A DNA stretch of 64,000 bases, taken from positions 3,019 to 67,018 of the forward strand of contig JAJZHP010000001.1 in the NCBI GenBank assembly GCA_021804355.1. The letters are read 5' to 3'. Positions 17,573 to 28,377 of this stretch are shown in pieces. This DNA comes from Pseudomonadota bacterium (GTDB taxonomy: Bacteria > Pseudomonadota > Gammaproteobacteria > Pseudomonadales > Moraxellaceae). Positions within the stretch are counted from its first letter, which is position 1. Each line of letters begins with the position of its first letter. Position numbers and translations under genes: made by a program. The notes beneath the pieces were generated by a model that was not told where the DNA came from, made no database searches, and was given only the letters and a program-made list of their open reading frames with translations.

Positions 17573-19537
17573 ATGGAACGGGGAAGTGTGGCTGAAAGGG
17601 AAGGATTGGCGCAACACGTACAAGCGTTCACACGCTGGAAGCAGGACGTGGTCAAGGAACTCACCCGTTATCGGCAGTGGTTGAATGCTAACGGCCTCAA
17701 TACCTCTGATTTGGATGCTCGCCTGAATCAGGCTTTACGTACCTTGAAGCTGGATCGCATCTTGCTGGCTTTCGTGGGTGAATTCTCTCGCGGTAAATCA
17801 GAAATGATCAATGCCCTGCTCTGCCGGCATTACGGTCAACGCTTGCTGCCCACGCGCATCGGTCGTACGACCATGTGTCCTACGGAACTTTACTACGATG
17901 CTAATGTCAGCGGGGCCTACATTAAATTATTGCCCATACAAACCCGCAATGATGGTATTCGTCTTTCAGAGTATAAGCAGCAGCTGGAGCACTGGGTTCA
18001 TCTGACCATTAATCTGGACGATAGCGCTTCCATGAAAATCGCCTTTCAGGAAGTGGCCAAAACCATACAGGTGACCAAGCAGGAGGCTACGGATCTGGGT
18101 TTTCAGGTGGAGTTTTTGGAGTCCTCCCAGGATAACGCTGGCAAGGTACATGTTCCAGCTTGGCGCCATGCCCTTATTAATATTGATCATCCCTTGCTGC
18201 GTCAGGGCTTATCGATCATAGATACCCCAGGTCTCAATGCCCTGGGCTCAGAACCCGAGTTAACCCTGAGTCTTTTGCCTGAAGCCCATGCCATTTTACT
18301 GGTGTTGTCCGCAGATACGGGCTTAACGGCTACTGACCATATGATCTGGAAGGATCATGTACGCGATATTGTCGAGCGCCGGGGTGCTGCCCTTTATGGG
18401 GTGCTTAATAAAATCGATATGTTGTGGGATGAAGATGAAGATGAAAAAGAAGTACAGCTGCATATTCAGCGTCTGGTACAGCTGACAGCCAAGCAACTTA
18501 ATCTGGATACAGATCATGTTCTGCCGCTGTCAGCCCGCATGGCGGTGAAAGCCCGACTGCTGGCTGATGAAGATATGTTAGCTCGCAGCCAGCTCGTGCC
18601 GCTGGAGCAGGTTTTGGCTCAGTCTGTCGTGACAACCAAGCAGAAGATTTTTCAGCAAACCATCGTCAAAGATCTGCTAAGCATGGTGGAAGGCAGCCGC
18701 AAGGCACTCGATGAACGTCAGCAAATTCTTCAGGCAGATAGTCAACAGCTGGCATCCCCAGATCGCCATAGTGAACATGAACGCGTTGTGCTCACACGAA
18801 CAGTACAGCAGGAGCAGCAGATCTATAATCGTCGACTGGCGGTCTTGCATGCAGCGCGTAAGCTGATGGAGACTCAGTTACCCAAACTTCGCGCCGTAGC
18901 GACGTCGCAGCTATTAAATGAGCATATGAAAACAGCTCAGCAAACAGCTTCCTCGGGCGTGTTGGGTAGTGGCCTGACGCTGGCCGTTGGTCAGTATTTT
19001 GCTGCGCTGCGAGCAGATATCACTCGCCTAAAGGATGAAGTTGATTACATGGATGGTACAGTTCAAAAACTGTACCAGCGTTATGCTCAGGAAGCGCAGG
19101 TGGCGGTGTTGGATTTTCCGCATCTGGCGGTATCGGAGGGTTTATTTGAGCTCACTCAACTTGAGCAGCAAGCTATGCCTTTTCGCTCCCGCTTGGGTAA
19201 TATGGTCGGGGCGCAGAAAGCCAGCGATAAGTTTTTTAGCACGATTGCCAGCGTGGCGGGCGAAGTCTATCTGCAGATGGCAGCCAAGGCTGAACAATGG
19301 TGTAAAGCTTCCCTGGGTCCACTCATGCAGCAGACCATGCAACACCGCAGTCGCGTGCAGCAACTCATGGAGCAACTCAACCGGTTGACTCACCAAGGCA
19401 GTTCTCGGGACCAGCAGGTGCATGTCGTGGAAGAAAAGATGGCTGAAATGGATAAGCAGGTTTTGATTCTTGATAGCATCAAGCAGAACCTGAGTCAGGG
19501 GGAATCTACGTCCAAGGCGCTGGTCGAGCCCGCTTGA
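17573..19537 (+). CDS. Bacterial dynamin-like GTPase (dynamin family protein)
   Basis: G1 is [15 protein letters not shown]3 is [11 protein letters not shown], and G4 is LNKID. A long helical C-terminal stalk region follows. The RBS GAGGTGG lies 3 nt upstream of the ATG. Confidence 0.75.
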   Translation: MERGSVAEREGLAQHVQAFTRWKQDVVKELTRYRQWLNANGLNTSDLDARLNQALRTLKLDRILLAFVGEFSRGKSEMINALLCRHYGQRLLPTRIGRTTMCPTELYYDANVSGAYIKLLPIQTRNDGIRLSEYKQQLEHWVHLTINLDDSASMKIAFQEVAKTIQVTKQEATDLGFQVEFLESSQDNAGKVHVPAWRHALINIDHPLLRQGLSIIDTPGLNALGSEPELTLSLLPEAHAILLVLSADTGLTATDHMIWKDHVRDIVERRGAALYGVLNKIDMLWDEDEDEKEVQLHIQRLVQLTAKQLNLDTDHVLPLSARMAVKARLLADEDMLARSQLVPLEQVLAQSVVTTKQKIFQQTIVKDLLSMVEGSRKALDERQQILQADSQQLASPDRHSEHERVVLTRTVQQEQQIYNRRLAVLHAARKLMETQLPKLRAVATSQLLNEHMKTAQQTASSGVLGSGLTLAVGQYFAALRADITRLKDEVDYMDGTVQKLYQRYAQEAQVAVLDFPHLAVSEGLFELTQLEQQAMPFRSRLGNMVGAQKASDKFFSTIASVAGEVYLQMAAKAEQWCKASLGPLMQQTMQHRSRVQQLMEQLNRLTHQGSSRDQQVHVVEEKMAEMDKQVLILDSIKQNLSQGESTSKALVEPA

Positions 19538-19580
19538 TACGAGTAGACTGTTGCCTGTTTGGCCTGGATATACATGCACC

Positions 19581-20723
19581 ATGACTAGCAATTTTCCGGC
19601 GGACTCAGTCGGTCTGGTTGTTCCCCAGAAAATGAAATTTGAAGAGCCGCTGGCGCTGGAGTGTCAACGTCAACTCGCCAACTATGAGCTGATTTATGAG
19701 ACTTATGGTACGTTGAATGCTGATGCGTCCAATGCAGTGCTCGTTTGCCATGCACTTTCGGGTCATCATCATGCCGCTGGGTTTCATCAAGAAGAAGAGG
19801 CTAAACCAGGCTGGTGGGATGTCTGTATAGGCCCTGGTAAACCGCTCGACACGCGACGGTTTTTTGTGGTGGCTCTCAATAATCTAGGCGGATGCCATGG
19901 TTCCACAGGCCCAGGTTCCATACACCCGGAAACGGGCCGCAATTATGGCCCCGACTTTCCCATGATGACCGTTAAAGACTGGGTGAAGGCTCAGGCTCGT
20001 TTAGCTGACCGGCTAGGCATCGATTGCTGGTGTGCGGTGATGGGGGGAAGTCTGGGAGGCATGCAGGTCATGCAATGGTCGATAGATTATCCGAACCGAT
20101 TGCGCCATGCTATTGTCATCGCATCGGCCCCCAAACTGTCGGCCCAGAATATAGCGTTTAACGAAGTGGCGCGACAAGCCATACTCTCGGATCCTGATTT
20201 TCATGAAGGCCGATTTTACGAGTATGACACTTACCCGCGACGAGGCTTGATCCTGGCGAGAATGGTAGGTCATATCACCTATTTGTCCGATGATGCCATG
20301 AAGGCCAAATTTGGTCGCGATTTGAAGTCAGGCCAATACCACTTTGGCTTTGATGCCGAATTTCAGGTTGAATCCTACCTGCGCTACCAGGGGGAGGCTT
20401 TTTCACGATACTTTGATGCCAATACCTATTTATTGATGACGCGTGCTCTCGACTACTTCGATCCTGCACGGGATTATCAGGATAATTTACAGACGGCGCT
20501 GGCCCATGCGCGTTGCCGGTTTCTGGTGATTGCTTTCAGCACGGACTGGCGGTTTTCTCCTGAACGTTCACAGGAGATCGTTGATGCCTTGGTCGCCACC
20601 GACAAGGATGTCAGCTTTGCTGTGATCGATGCGCCACAAGGTCATGATTCATTTTTATTGCCCGTGCCTCGCTATATTGATTTATTGCGCGCCTATTTTG
20701 ATGGAGTAGTTCATGCGTCTTGA
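19581..20723 (+). CDS. metX: Homoserine O-acyltransferase (MetX; acetyl vs succinyl specificity not determinable here)
   Basis: From ATG 19581 the protein begins [16 protein letters not shown]...[17 protein letters not shown]. The nucleophile elbow is GGSLGGMQ. The ORF-track start at 19551 is a TTG extension. Confidence 0.92.
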   Translation: MTSNFPADSVGLVVPQKMKFEEPLALECQRQLANYELIYETYGTLNADASNAVLVCHALSGHHHAAGFHQEEEAKPGWWDVCIGPGKPLDTRRFFVVALNNLGGCHGSTGPGSIHPETGRNYGPDFPMMTVKDWVKAQARLADRLGIDCWCAVMGGSLGGMQVMQWSIDYPNRLRHAIVIASAPKLSAQNIAFNEVARQAILSDPDFHEGRFYEYDTYPRRGLILARMVGHITYLSDDAMKAKFGRDLKSGQYHFGFDAEFQVESYLRYQGEAFSRYFDANTYLLMTRALDYFDPARDYQDNLQTALAHARCRFLVIAFSTDWRFSPERSQEIVDALVATDKDVSFAVIDAPQGHDSFLLPVPRYIDLLRAYFDGVVHAS

Positions 20724-21309
20724 TCTGCTCCTTGCTGAGAGTTGGGTTAAACCTGGATCTCGTGTCCTGGATCTCGGGTGCGGTGATGGGCAACTATTGG
20801 CGCATCTGGCAAGTCGTCTCCAGGTCAGGGGTTATGGTATCGAAATTGATGCCGATCAAATACGCGCTTGCGTCGCTCGAGGTATCAATGTGATCGAGCA
20901 TGATCTGGACCTGGGCTTGCGGCGTTTTGGTGATGGAAGTTTTGATACGGTATTTCTGACCATGGCCTTGCAGGTGTTATCCAAGCCCGATGAATTACTC
21001 ATGGATATGCTGCGGGTAGGGCGAGAAGCCATTATCACCTTTCCAAATTTTGCTTACTGGCGTACTCGTTTCTATCTAACCCTGCGGGGGCGCATGCCTA
21101 TGTCCAAGGCCTTGCCCTACCATTGGTACGATACCCCCAATATACATTTATGCACCTTCTATGATTTTGATGCTTTGTGCGCTGAAAGAGGTTTACGCAT
21201 TCTGGATAGGCTTATTGTCAACGGCGAACAGGTCAGCGGTACTTTGATGCGGGCACTTCCTAACCTGTTCGGCGAAGTGGCTATCTATCGGGTTACGCGA
21301 GATGTTTGA
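20713..21309 (+). CDS. metW: Methionine biosynthesis protein MetW
   Basis: 198 aa with a SAM-MTase-like [12 protein letters not shown] motif and a PNFAYWR segment. It overlaps the metX stop, which is the canonical metXW pairing. Confidence 0.9.
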   Translation: MRLDLLLAESWVKPGSRVLDLGCGDGQLLAHLASRLQVRGYGIEIDADQIRACVARGINVIEHDLDLGLRRFGDGSFDTVFLTMALQVLSKPDELLMDMLRVGREAIITFPNFAYWRTRFYLTLRGRMPMSKALPYHWYDTPNIHLCTFYDFDALCAERGLRILDRLIVNGEQVSGTLMRALPNLFGEVAIYRVTRDV

Positions 21310-21895
21310 GCGTCTCGTGCTAGCCAGCAGTAATCAAGGTAAGCTGCGTGAATTCAAAGCACTGTTGGGCAATCGCGTAGGTGATCTAGTCACTCAGGAT
21401 GCCTTGGGTATCGTGGGTGCTGATGAAACAGGTATGAGTTTTGTGGAAAATGCCTTGCTTAAGGCGCGATATGCCAGCCAGCAAAGCGGATTAGCGGCTT
21501 TGGCAGACGACTCAGGTCTGGTCGTTGATGCCCTTTACGGTGCACCAGGGATTTACTCTGCGCGTTATGCCGGCCCCGATGCCAAGGATGAGGATAACAA
21601 TGCCAAACTCCTTCGCGAGCTTGATGGTATCCCGGCACCACGCCCAGCTTACTATGTGGCGGTCATTGTCCTGGTTAAATATCCTCAGGATCCTATGCCC
21701 TTGATTGCACAGGCACAATGGCACGGAGAAATACTACTCAGGGCTCGGGGCCAAGGTGGTTTTGGTTATGATCCCCTGTTCTATGTGCCTGAAGCGGGCA
21801 TGACAGCTGCTGAGATGTCCCCTGAGCACAAGAACCTTTTGAGTCACCGCGCCAAGGCACTAGCCCAGCTGCTGGTAGCCTGGCCATCGGCTTAA
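21302..21895 (+). CDS. rdgB: dITP/XTP pyrophosphatase (RdgB/HAM1 family)
   Basis: LASSNQGKLREF, DDSGLVVDAL.GAPGIYSARYAG and GFGYDPLF are present. Confidence 0.92.
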   Translation: MFERLVLASSNQGKLREFKALLGNRVGDLVTQDALGIVGADETGMSFVENALLKARYASQQSGLAALADDSGLVVDALYGAPGIYSARYAGPDAKDEDNNAKLLRELDGIPAPRPAYYVAVIVLVKYPQDPMPLIAQAQWHGEILLRARGQGGFGYDPLFYVPEAGMTAAEMSPEHKNLLSHRAKALAQLLVAWPSA

Positions 21896-22419
21896 AAAAA
21901 CATAAAAAACCCATCAGCAAATAAGGTCAGGCCCCAAAGTCCTGCTAATAATCCCACCCACCACAAGGGTTGTTTTTTCAGGAGACCGGCAACGGAGGAA
22001 AGCATGATGGCAATTTGTAAAATAATTGTTGCCGACGCAAAAGGCTTACCTTGTCGTTGCGCCAGGTCGCGTTCATCTTCAAGCGCCTGGGCTTTGGCAG
22101 CGATGGCTTTTTTCTGATCGGTATATTTTTTTACTTTGGCCTTAATATCGCGTAAGTAGTCTTCAAGGGATGCTTTTTCCTGTTTGTTCAGGGTTTGGGT
22201 TTTCAATTGGAGAGCTACGCGCTGCACTTCCAAAGCATATATATTTTCTTTAACGCCCTTGGCTTGGTAATAGGCCCACTGATCTGAAGCCTTGGATTGC
22301 GCCAACACAGCATGTGTTGAAAACCCACCACTCTTGCCGGTTGACAGCGTAGCACAGACCGCAATGATCACTGTGCTGAGCGCCATCCAGTTCATCCAGG
22401 GTTGTTTATCTTCAGCCAT
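21892..22419 (-). CDS. DUF4337-like membrane protein
   Basis: One N-terminal and two C-terminal TM segments flank a charged coiled region. The ASDQWAYYQAKGVK motif resembles DUF4337 as I recall it. Confidence 0.55.
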   Translation of the reverse strand: MAEDKQPWMNWMALSTVIIAVCATLSTGKSGGFSTHAVLAQSKASDQWAYYQAKGVKENIYALEVQRVALQLKTQTLNKQEKASLEDYLRDIKAKVKKYTDQKKAIAAKAQALEDERDLAQRQGKPFASATIILQIAIMLSSVAGLLKKQPLWWVGLLAGLWGLTLFADGFFMFF

Positions 22420-22424
22420 GGGGT

Positions 22425-23147
22425 TTATCTCCTTATCAGAGTAGGGTGTGAGTTAGGCAGAGGAGAGGTAGTTTCAAACAGCAAATCCCATATGCCATGA
22501 CCATCACGCAGTCCGCGCTGTTCAAATTTGGTCAGGGGGCGATAATCAGGACGAGGATGAAATTGACCTTCACCGGCCAGGTTACGATAACCTTGGGCGG
22601 AGCTCATGACCTCCAGCATCCAGTGCGCATAATCTTCCCAATCTGTGGCCATATGAAAAATGCCGCCTATCCGCAATTTACGACGAATAAGCTCGGCATT
22701 TTCAGCGCTGACGAGACGGCGCTTATGATGACGCTTCTTGGGCCAGGGATCAGGAAAATAGAGTTGGAAACGATCAACGCTGCCTGCTGGAGCATAGGAA
22801 GACAAGAGCTCCAGCGCATCGCCTTCAAGTATCTTCAGATTTGCAAGCTGCCTTTCTCCGGCATCAAAAAAAATCTGGGCGAGGCCAGGTTCGTGAACTT
22901 CAATACCTAAAAAATTTCTCTCAGGAGCAGATGCTGCCATCGCCACCAAGGACTGACCCATACCAAATCCGATTTCCACGGTCAGGGGGTGGTTGTTATT
23001 AAACAGTGTTATGGAATCCAGACAAGTACCCGGCAAAATGCGAAAAAGCTCTGCATATTCCTCCATACCCTGACGCTGGCTAGAGGTTAAGGGTGATGAA
23101 CGTCGTACAAACGTTTGTATACGTCGTAGGGGTTGATCCAGGGTCAT
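22425..23147 (-). CDS. trmB: tRNA (guanine46-N7)-methyltransferase
   Basis: [18 protein letters not shown] and [16 protein letters not shown] are TrmB signatures. Confidence 0.9.
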   Translation of the reverse strand: MTLDQPLRRIQTFVRRSSPLTSSQRQGMEEYAELFRILPGTCLDSITLFNNNHPLTVEIGFGMGQSLVAMAASAPERNFLGIEVHEPGLAQIFFDAGERQLANLKILEGDALELLSSYAPAGSVDRFQLYFPDPWPKKRHHKRRLVSAENAELIRRKLRIGGIFHMATDWEDYAHWMLEVMSSAQGYRNLAGEGQFHPRPDYRPLTKFEQRGLRDGHGIWDLLFETTSPLPNSHPTLIRR

Positions 23148-23941
23148 GAGCTTATCCTGCCTTGTTGCGGGCTGGACGCTTCGGCTAGTACTCGTTTAGG
23201 CATACGGCCGGCCAGAAAGGCCTCACGACCGGCAATGATCGCATGGCGCATGGCTTTCGCCATACGCACAGGATCTTTGGCATGGGCGACGGCTGTATTC
23301 ATCAGCACACCATCCACACCAAGCTCCATAGCCAAACAAGCATCAGAAGCTGTGCCTACGCCAGCATCCACGAGTACAGGAACGGTGGCCTGCTGTCGTA
23401 TGATTTCAATGTTATAGGGATTGACAAGGCCCAGGCCCGAACCTATCAAGCTGCCCAGGGGCATGATAGCCACGCAGCCTAATTCTTCCAGTCGTTTGGC
23501 AATAATAGGATCATCTGAGGTATAGACCATGACCTCAAAACCTTCGCGAACTAGGATTTCAGCTGCTTTGAGTGTTTCGGTGACATTGGGATACAGCGTG
23601 CGCTCGTCACCCAGGACCTCTAGTTTGATCAGGTTATGACCATCCAGCAATTCCCGCGCCAACCGGCTGGTGCGAATAGCTTCTTCGGCACTATAACATC
23701 CGGCCGTATTGGGCAGCAGCGTATAGCGATGGGGTGGCAGTATATCCAAAAGGTTATCCTGAGCCCCATGTTGCCCCAGATTGACCCGGCGCACAGCCGC
23801 TGTGATGATTTCAGCTCCTGACGCTTCTACAGCGAGGCGGGTTTGCTCCATGGTTTGATATTTGCCTGTACCCAGCAACAGACGAGACGAGAACGTGCGT
23901 GTACCTAGGGTCCAGGTGTCTGAGTTTGCAAAGCTTGTCAT
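23144..23941 (-). CDS. thiG: Thiazole synthase
   Basis: [22 protein letters not shown] and [13 protein letters not shown] are ThiG motifs. It overlaps the trmB start. Confidence 0.95.
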   Translation of the reverse strand: MTSFANSDTWTLGTRTFSSRLLLGTGKYQTMEQTRLAVEASGAEIITAAVRRVNLGQHGAQDNLLDILPPHRYTLLPNTAGCYSAEEAIRTSRLARELLDGHNLIKLEVLGDERTLYPNVTETLKAAEILVREGFEVMVYTSDDPIIAKRLEELGCVAIMPLGSLIGSGLGLVNPYNIEIIRQQATVPVLVDAGVGTASDACLAMELGVDGVLMNTAVAHAKDPVRMAKAMRHAIIAGREAFLAGRMPKRVLAEASSPQQGRISS

Positions 23942-23962
23942 CAGGTGAACTCCAGATAAGTG

Positions 23963-24169
23963 TTAACCACCGCCGATAGCATGGACGATTTCAATGCGGT
24001 CACCGGCTTGGATCAGGGTGTGGGGGTGCAAGCTTCGGGGTATCAGTTCGGTATTGATTTCGACAGCCATGCGCCGCCCGGATAGCCCTAGTTGAGTAAT
24101 CAGTTCAGCTAAGCTGATGCCATCCTCCAGCTCGGTGGGAGAGCCTTGCAGAACTACCGATAGGCTCAT
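23963..24169 (-). CDS. thiS: Sulfur carrier protein ThiS
   Basis: From ATG 24169 the 68-aa protein ends in the ubiquitin-like C-terminus ...IEIVHAIGGG. Located upstream of thiG. Confidence 0.85.
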   Translation of the reverse strand: MSLSVVLQGSPTELEDGISLAELITQLGLSGRRMAVEINTELIPRSLHPHTLIQAGDRIEIVHAIGGG

Positions 24170-24519
24170 GCTTTCCTCCAGGCATTCCTGGCAGTCCATA
24201 GCCATCCGGCCAACATACTTAAACCCCCCACCGGGGTCACCCAGACCAGCAGGTAAGGGCCACCTAGGGCTAAAGCATACAGCGAGCCTGAGAATGCCAG
24301 GCTGCCCAGTAGTAGCATGATCATGGGGGCCGTACCAATACGGGAGTGCGTGCTCAGTGCCATTAACCCCAGAGCCTGATAGATCTGGTAATCACTGGCG
24401 GTATGCCACCAGCTCAAGGCTTGTGCAGAGAGCCGCCCAGCCAGCGCATGAGCGCCTATAGCTCCCAGCAGTATGGCTAGAGCCATATCCAGAGCAGCAA
24501 TCATCAACAGGGAACGCAT
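24166..24519 (-). CDS. DUF423 (YgdD-like) membrane protein
   Basis: From ATG 24519 the protein is 117 aa with 4 TM segments and the LGAIGAHAL motif. Its stop overlaps the thiS start (ATGA). The ORF-track start at 24756 runs into rpoH. Confidence 0.75.
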   Translation of the reverse strand: MRSLLMIAALDMALAILLGAIGAHALAGRLSAQALSWWHTASDYQIYQALGLMALSTHSRIGTAPMIMLLLGSLAFSGSLYALALGGPYLLVWVTPVGGLSMLAGWLWTARNAWRKA

Positions 24520-24610
24520 TGAACTTAACCCTTTCACGCAGCAGGCACCAGAACGGTTGCATTGTAGGGGAGTGAGCAGAGGTAAGTCATCCCCCTGCTC
24601 AATTTCAAAT

Positions 24611-25480
24611 TTAAGACGCAACCAGGGATAATCGCATCTTGTCCATAGCGGTCTTCTCAATCTGACGTATGCGCTCTGCAGACACGCCATATTCAGCTGC
24701 CAGTTCATGCAAGGTGGCTTTGTCATCATCCAGCCAACGGCGTTTGAGAATATCACGTGAGCGCGTATCTAGCCCTTCCAGAGCTGTATGCAACTGATTG
24801 AGTTCGAACGATTCATGATCGCTATCTTCCAGCAAGCGTGCTGGATCATAACGGCCATCTTCCAGATAATGAACGGGCGCTTGGCTGACGTGATCTTCAT
24901 CCTCATCGGGTGAGGCATCAAAGGCCATATCATGGGCAGCCAGCCGGCCTTCCATCTCCATAACCTGGGCCGTGGTCACATTCAAATCAGCGGCAATGGC
25001 AGATGCCTCTTCCAGGCTAAGCCTATGCCCTTTGCGCTTGCTGCGCAGATTAAAGAACAACTTGCGCTGGGCCTTGGTCGTGGCCACTTTTACGATACGC
25101 CAATTGCGAATCACGTACTCATGAATCTCTGCCTTGATCCAGTGCACAGCAAAAGATACCAATCGTACACCCATGCGAGGATCAAAGCGCTTCACGGCTT
25201 TCATCAAACCGACATTGCCTTCCTGGATTAGGTCGGCTTGCGGCAAGCCATATCCGGAATAACTACGTGCGATATGCACAACAAAGCGCAAATGCGCCAG
25301 TACCAGTTGCCGTGCAGCATCCAGATCCTGTTCAAAGAAGAAATGCTCCGCCAAGGTGCGCTCTTCTTCAGCGCTCAACATGGAAACGCTGTTGACAGCC
25401 TGAATGTAGCTGCCAAGATTGACCCCAGGGACCGCCAGTGCAGGTGTCAAGGCGGGGGTGAGGGCAGTTTCAGTGGCCAT
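24611..25480 (-). CDS. rpoH: RNA polymerase sigma-32 (heat-shock sigma factor)
   Basis: The RpoH box is QRKLFFNLR. Regions 2 and 4 are present ([18 protein letters not shown]; [21 protein letters not shown]). Located downstream of ftsYEX. Confidence 0.95.
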   Translation of the reverse strand: MATETALTPALTPALAVPGVNLGSYIQAVNSVSMLSAEEERTLAEHFFFEQDLDAARQLVLAHLRFVVHIARSYSGYGLPQADLIQEGNVGLMKAVKRFDPRMGVRLVSFAVHWIKAEIHEYVIRNWRIVKVATTKAQRKLFFNLRSKRKGHRLSLEEASAIAADLNVTTAQVMEMEGRLAAHDMAFDASPDEDEDHVSQAPVHYLEDGRYDPARLLEDSDHESFELNQLHTALEGLDTRSRDILKRRWLDDDKATLHELAAEYGVSAERIRQIEKTAMDKMRLSLVAS

Positions 25481-25488
25481 ATCTCAAT

Positions 25489-25520
25489 CCTCCTCCAATT
25501 ACTTTGCTGTGATTGTAGCA
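25489..25520 (-). promoter_or_regulatory. Candidate rpoH extended -10 promoter (TGcTACAAT) and strong RBS (GGAGGAGG)
   Basis: The minus strand reads ...ggTGcTACAATcacagcaaagtaattGGAGGAGGattgagatATG. The -10 is at 25512-25520 and the RBS at 25489-25496. No good -35 is present. Confidence 0.35.
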
Positions 25521-25567
25521 CCATTGGAAGGTGATTATGTAGTGTTTTTGTTACCCCCGGGGGTATG

Positions 25568-26512
25568 TTAGCGGGGCTCCAGCGCCTTGAGATGACGATA
25601 CATGGCCATATAAGCTCCGAGGATACCCAGCAGGAGAGCCAGGCTCGGAAGGAGCACCCAGGTCAGCAGGCTGGGTCCACGGATAGAAAAGTTGGTATGG
25701 TACATTTGTGCCAAGTTTGAAACCGGGATATTAAGCCAAAAAAGACCCGCACGAACCAGCCCGCATCCCAGCAGTCCTCCCAGCAGTCCAGACCAGAAGC
25801 CCATATACAGAAAGGGCCTTCTGACCATGCCATGGGTAGCTCCAAGTAACTTAAGGGTAATGATTTCATCACGTCGTGATTCGATGGCTAGTCGTATGGT
25901 ATTTGTGATCACCAGGAGGACAGCCAAGGCCATACTGACAAAGAGCAAAAGAAACAGACGGCGTAATATCTCCAAGGCTGCATCCAGGCGTGACAGCCAA
26001 GCCAGGTCGAGTTCGACATCGGCTTTGGGAAGTCTCTCTGCCAACCGGTCACGCAAGGTTTGTAAGCTAGCGGTATCGTAGGTCATGGGGAAGACAGTGA
26101 TGACAGCCGGTAGCGGATTTTGCCCCAACAGGCGCAGTGAGTCATGATTACCGGTAAGTGCTTCAAATTCTTTTAACGAGGCAGCGGCATCTTGTGTCGA
26201 CATACGACGTATACCCGGAATACCGTCGAGCTGATGTACCGCATCTAACAGAGCAATATCAGCGGGCACGTAAACGGATAAGCTGGCCTGGTCATTCACC
26301 GAAGCTACGAGTTGACGGGTATCCAGTAGCAGCGTTAATAAGGCTGCGGGCAAAGCTAAAGCCAAAGCGATGACTGAAATGGTCAACAGACTGGCAGCAG
26401 GCTGTTGCAGCAAACGTTTTAGACTTTCGGTAGCCTGTTGCTGATGGTCCTGGCGCCAGTGGATGAGACGGGACATAAAATTGGCCTGGGATGCATGTGC
26501 TCCACGGCTCAT
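25568..26512 (-). CDS. ftsX: Cell division ABC transporter permease-like protein FtsX
   Basis: 314 aa with 4 TM segments. Located downstream of ftsE and coupled to it (4-nt overlap). Confidence 0.9.
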   Translation of the reverse strand: MSRGAHASQANFMSRLIHWRQDHQQQATESLKRLLQQPAASLLTISVIALALALPAALLTLLLDTRQLVASVNDQASLSVYVPADIALLDAVHQLDGIPGIRRMSTQDAAASLKEFEALTGNHDSLRLLGQNPLPAVITVFPMTYDTASLQTLRDRLAERLPKADVELDLAWLSRLDAALEILRRLFLLLFVSMALAVLLVITNTIRLAIESRRDEIITLKLLGATHGMVRRPFLYMGFWSGLLGGLLGCGLVRAGLFWLNIPVSNLAQMYHTNFSIRGPSLLTWVLLPSLALLLGILGAYMAMYRHLKALEPR

Positions 26513-27171
26513 GAGGCATCTCCTGTTAAGTGTCCCTGCCGTAAGCTAAGGAGCCGGTGTCGATAGCGAGCGACCAGAGGTAAGTCGTGGGTAGCCACCA
26601 GAACGGTCATGCCTGCCTGGCTTAAGGTATCAAAAAGATCCATGATTTCATGAGCCAGATCAGGGTCCAGATTCCCAGTGGGCTCATCAGCTAGCAATAG
26701 TCGTGGTTTATTGACAATGGCGCGCGCAATGCCCACCCGTTGCTGCTCCCCGCCGGATAGCGTGATAGGCAGGCTGTCGGCTTTATTGCCCAACCCCATC
26801 CAATCCAGGGCGGCATGTACACGCTGCTGGATTTCAGCATGAGGCAGCCCGGCAATGATCAGAGGCAGAGCAACATTATCCGCAACTGTGCGGTCACGCA
26901 GCAGGTTGTGGTCCTGAAAAACCATGCCAATCTGGCGACGAAGACCGGCAATGTGATGGCCACGCAGGTGATCAAAATTCTGATCGTTAACCACGATTTT
27001 ACCTTGGCTGGCGCGCTCAATAAGCATGATCAACCTGAGTAGCGTCGATTTGCCGGCTCCCGAGTGGCCGGTGAGAAAGACCATCTCACCAGCATCAACT
27101 TCAAAACTGACATCCTGCAAGGCCTGAAAGCCATTGTCATAACGCTTGCCTACCCCTTCAAAAGAGATCAT
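26509..27171 (-). CDS. ftsE: Cell division ATP-binding protein FtsE
   Basis: From ATG 27171 the protein begins [11 protein letters not shown]. The Walker A is GHSGAGKST, the signature is LSGGEQQR, and the Walker B is LLLADEPTG. Confidence 0.95.
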   Translation of the reverse strand: MISFEGVGKRYDNGFQALQDVSFEVDAGEMVFLTGHSGAGKSTLLRLIMLIERASQGKIVVNDQNFDHLRGHHIAGLRRQIGMVFQDHNLLRDRTVADNVALPLIIAGLPHAEIQQRVHAALDWMGLGNKADSLPITLSGGEQQRVGIARAIVNKPRLLLADEPTGNLDPDLAHEIMDLFDTLSQAGMTVLVATHDLPLVARYRHRLLSLRQGHLTGDAS

Positions 27172-27175
27172 GAAC

Positions 27176-28270
27176 TTATTCCTCCTGAAAGAGCGCATCG
27201 ACAAAATCACGCGCCTCGAAGGGGCGCAGATCATCGAGGTGTTCACCAACTCCGATATATCGGATCGGTAGGGGCCAGCGAGTAGCTAGATTGAACATAA
27301 CGCCACCTTTGGCGGTACCGTCAAGTTTAGTGACAGACAGCCCCGTCAAAGGGACGGCAAGGTTGAAGTCCTGAACCTGATTCAGGGCATTTTGTCCTGT
27401 GCCTGCATCCACGACCAGCATGACTTCATGGGGTGCCTGGGGATCCTGCTTTTTCATAACCCTGACCACTTTGCGTAGCTCTTCCATGAGATGCCCTTTG
27501 TTATGCAGGCGTCCAGCCGTATCGGCAATTAACACATCAATGCCTTTGGCGCGGGCACTGGCCATGGCATCAAAAATGACTGAAGCTGAATCCGCACCAC
27601 TACCCTGTGCAACGACAGGAACCTGATTACGCTCACCCCAGATGGTTAGTTGCTCGACCGCCGCAGCTCTAAAGGTGTCGCCAGCGGCCAGCATGACGGA
27701 TAGATGCTGTTGTTGAAAGTATTTTGCCATTTTACCGATGGTGGTGGTTTTGCCCACGCCGTTAACACCTACCACCAGGATAACAAAAGGTTTGAACTGC
27801 GGATCAATCTTGAGGGGGCGTACACGAGGCTCCAGGAGCTTGCACAGTTCATCACGCAAGGCTTTGTACAAGGCATGGGAATGGGTTAATTCCTGACGAG
27901 ATACACGTTCAGTCAGTGCTTGTATCACCTGACGCGTGGCTTCAATGCCGATATCAGCAGCGATGAGCTGAGTCTCGATGTTTTCCATGAGCTCATCGTC
28001 GATTTCCTTACCGCCAATCAATACCGTGGCAAGACCTGAGGCCAGGCTTTCTCGCGTCCGGCTAAGGCCGGACTTCATGCGCTCAAGAAAACTTTCAGTT
28101 TTAGGGGGCGGGTTCTGTTCAGCGCTAGGGTTCGTGGGAGGGGGGTGGATAGGGTCTTGAACAGCCTTCTCCGTGTCGGCGCCATCAAGCGCATTATCGT
28201 TTCCGACAAACCAGGACTTCATACGCTGTCCCCAGCGAGTACTGGAATTATCCTGATCGTTATCTGACAT
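27176..28270 (-). CDS. ftsY: Signal recognition particle receptor FtsY
   Basis: It has an acidic N-terminal region. The NG-domain motifs are GVNGVGKTTTIGK, DTAGR and TKLDGTAKGG. Confidence 0.95.
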   Translation of the reverse strand: MSDNDQDNSSTRWGQRMKSWFVGNDNALDGADTEKAVQDPIHPPPTNPSAEQNPPPKTESFLERMKSGLSRTRESLASGLATVLIGGKEIDDELMENIETQLIAADIGIEATRQVIQALTERVSRQELTHSHALYKALRDELCKLLEPRVRPLKIDPQFKPFVILVVGVNGVGKTTTIGKMAKYFQQQHLSVMLAAGDTFRAAAVEQLTIWGERNQVPVVAQGSGADSASVIFDAMASARAKGIDVLIADTAGRLHNKGHLMEELRKVVRVMKKQDPQAPHEVMLVVDAGTGQNALNQVQDFNLAVPLTGLSVTKLDGTAKGGVMFNLATRWPLPIRYIGVGEHLDDLRPFEARDFVDALFQEE

Positions 28271-28377
28271 AATCTTAGTTAGCCCCTGCCTGGAAACAAG
28301 ACATTAACAATACGCCACTGCCGATATGCTGGCTATTGGGCTATGCTACCACTCCTGATGCGAGGGCCACAGCTTCC

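Noticed and set aside
18425-18450. GAAGAT/GAA-rich repeat inside the dynamin-like gene
   Set aside because: It simply encodes an acidic patch (WDEDEDEKE) in frame. It is not an independent repeat element.
19142-19591. 149-aa minus-strand ORF overlapping the 3' end of the dynamin-like gene and the metX start
   Set aside because: It is antisense to two supported genes. It has no RBS or motif and a low-complexity Leu/His/Gln composition.
23942-24610. Possible TPP riboswitch upstream of thiS-thiG
   Set aside because: thiS overlaps the upstream DUF423 gene (ATGA). The 91-nt gap between rpoH and DUF423 shows no THI-box-like CUGAGA element. There is no room or motif for a riboswitch.
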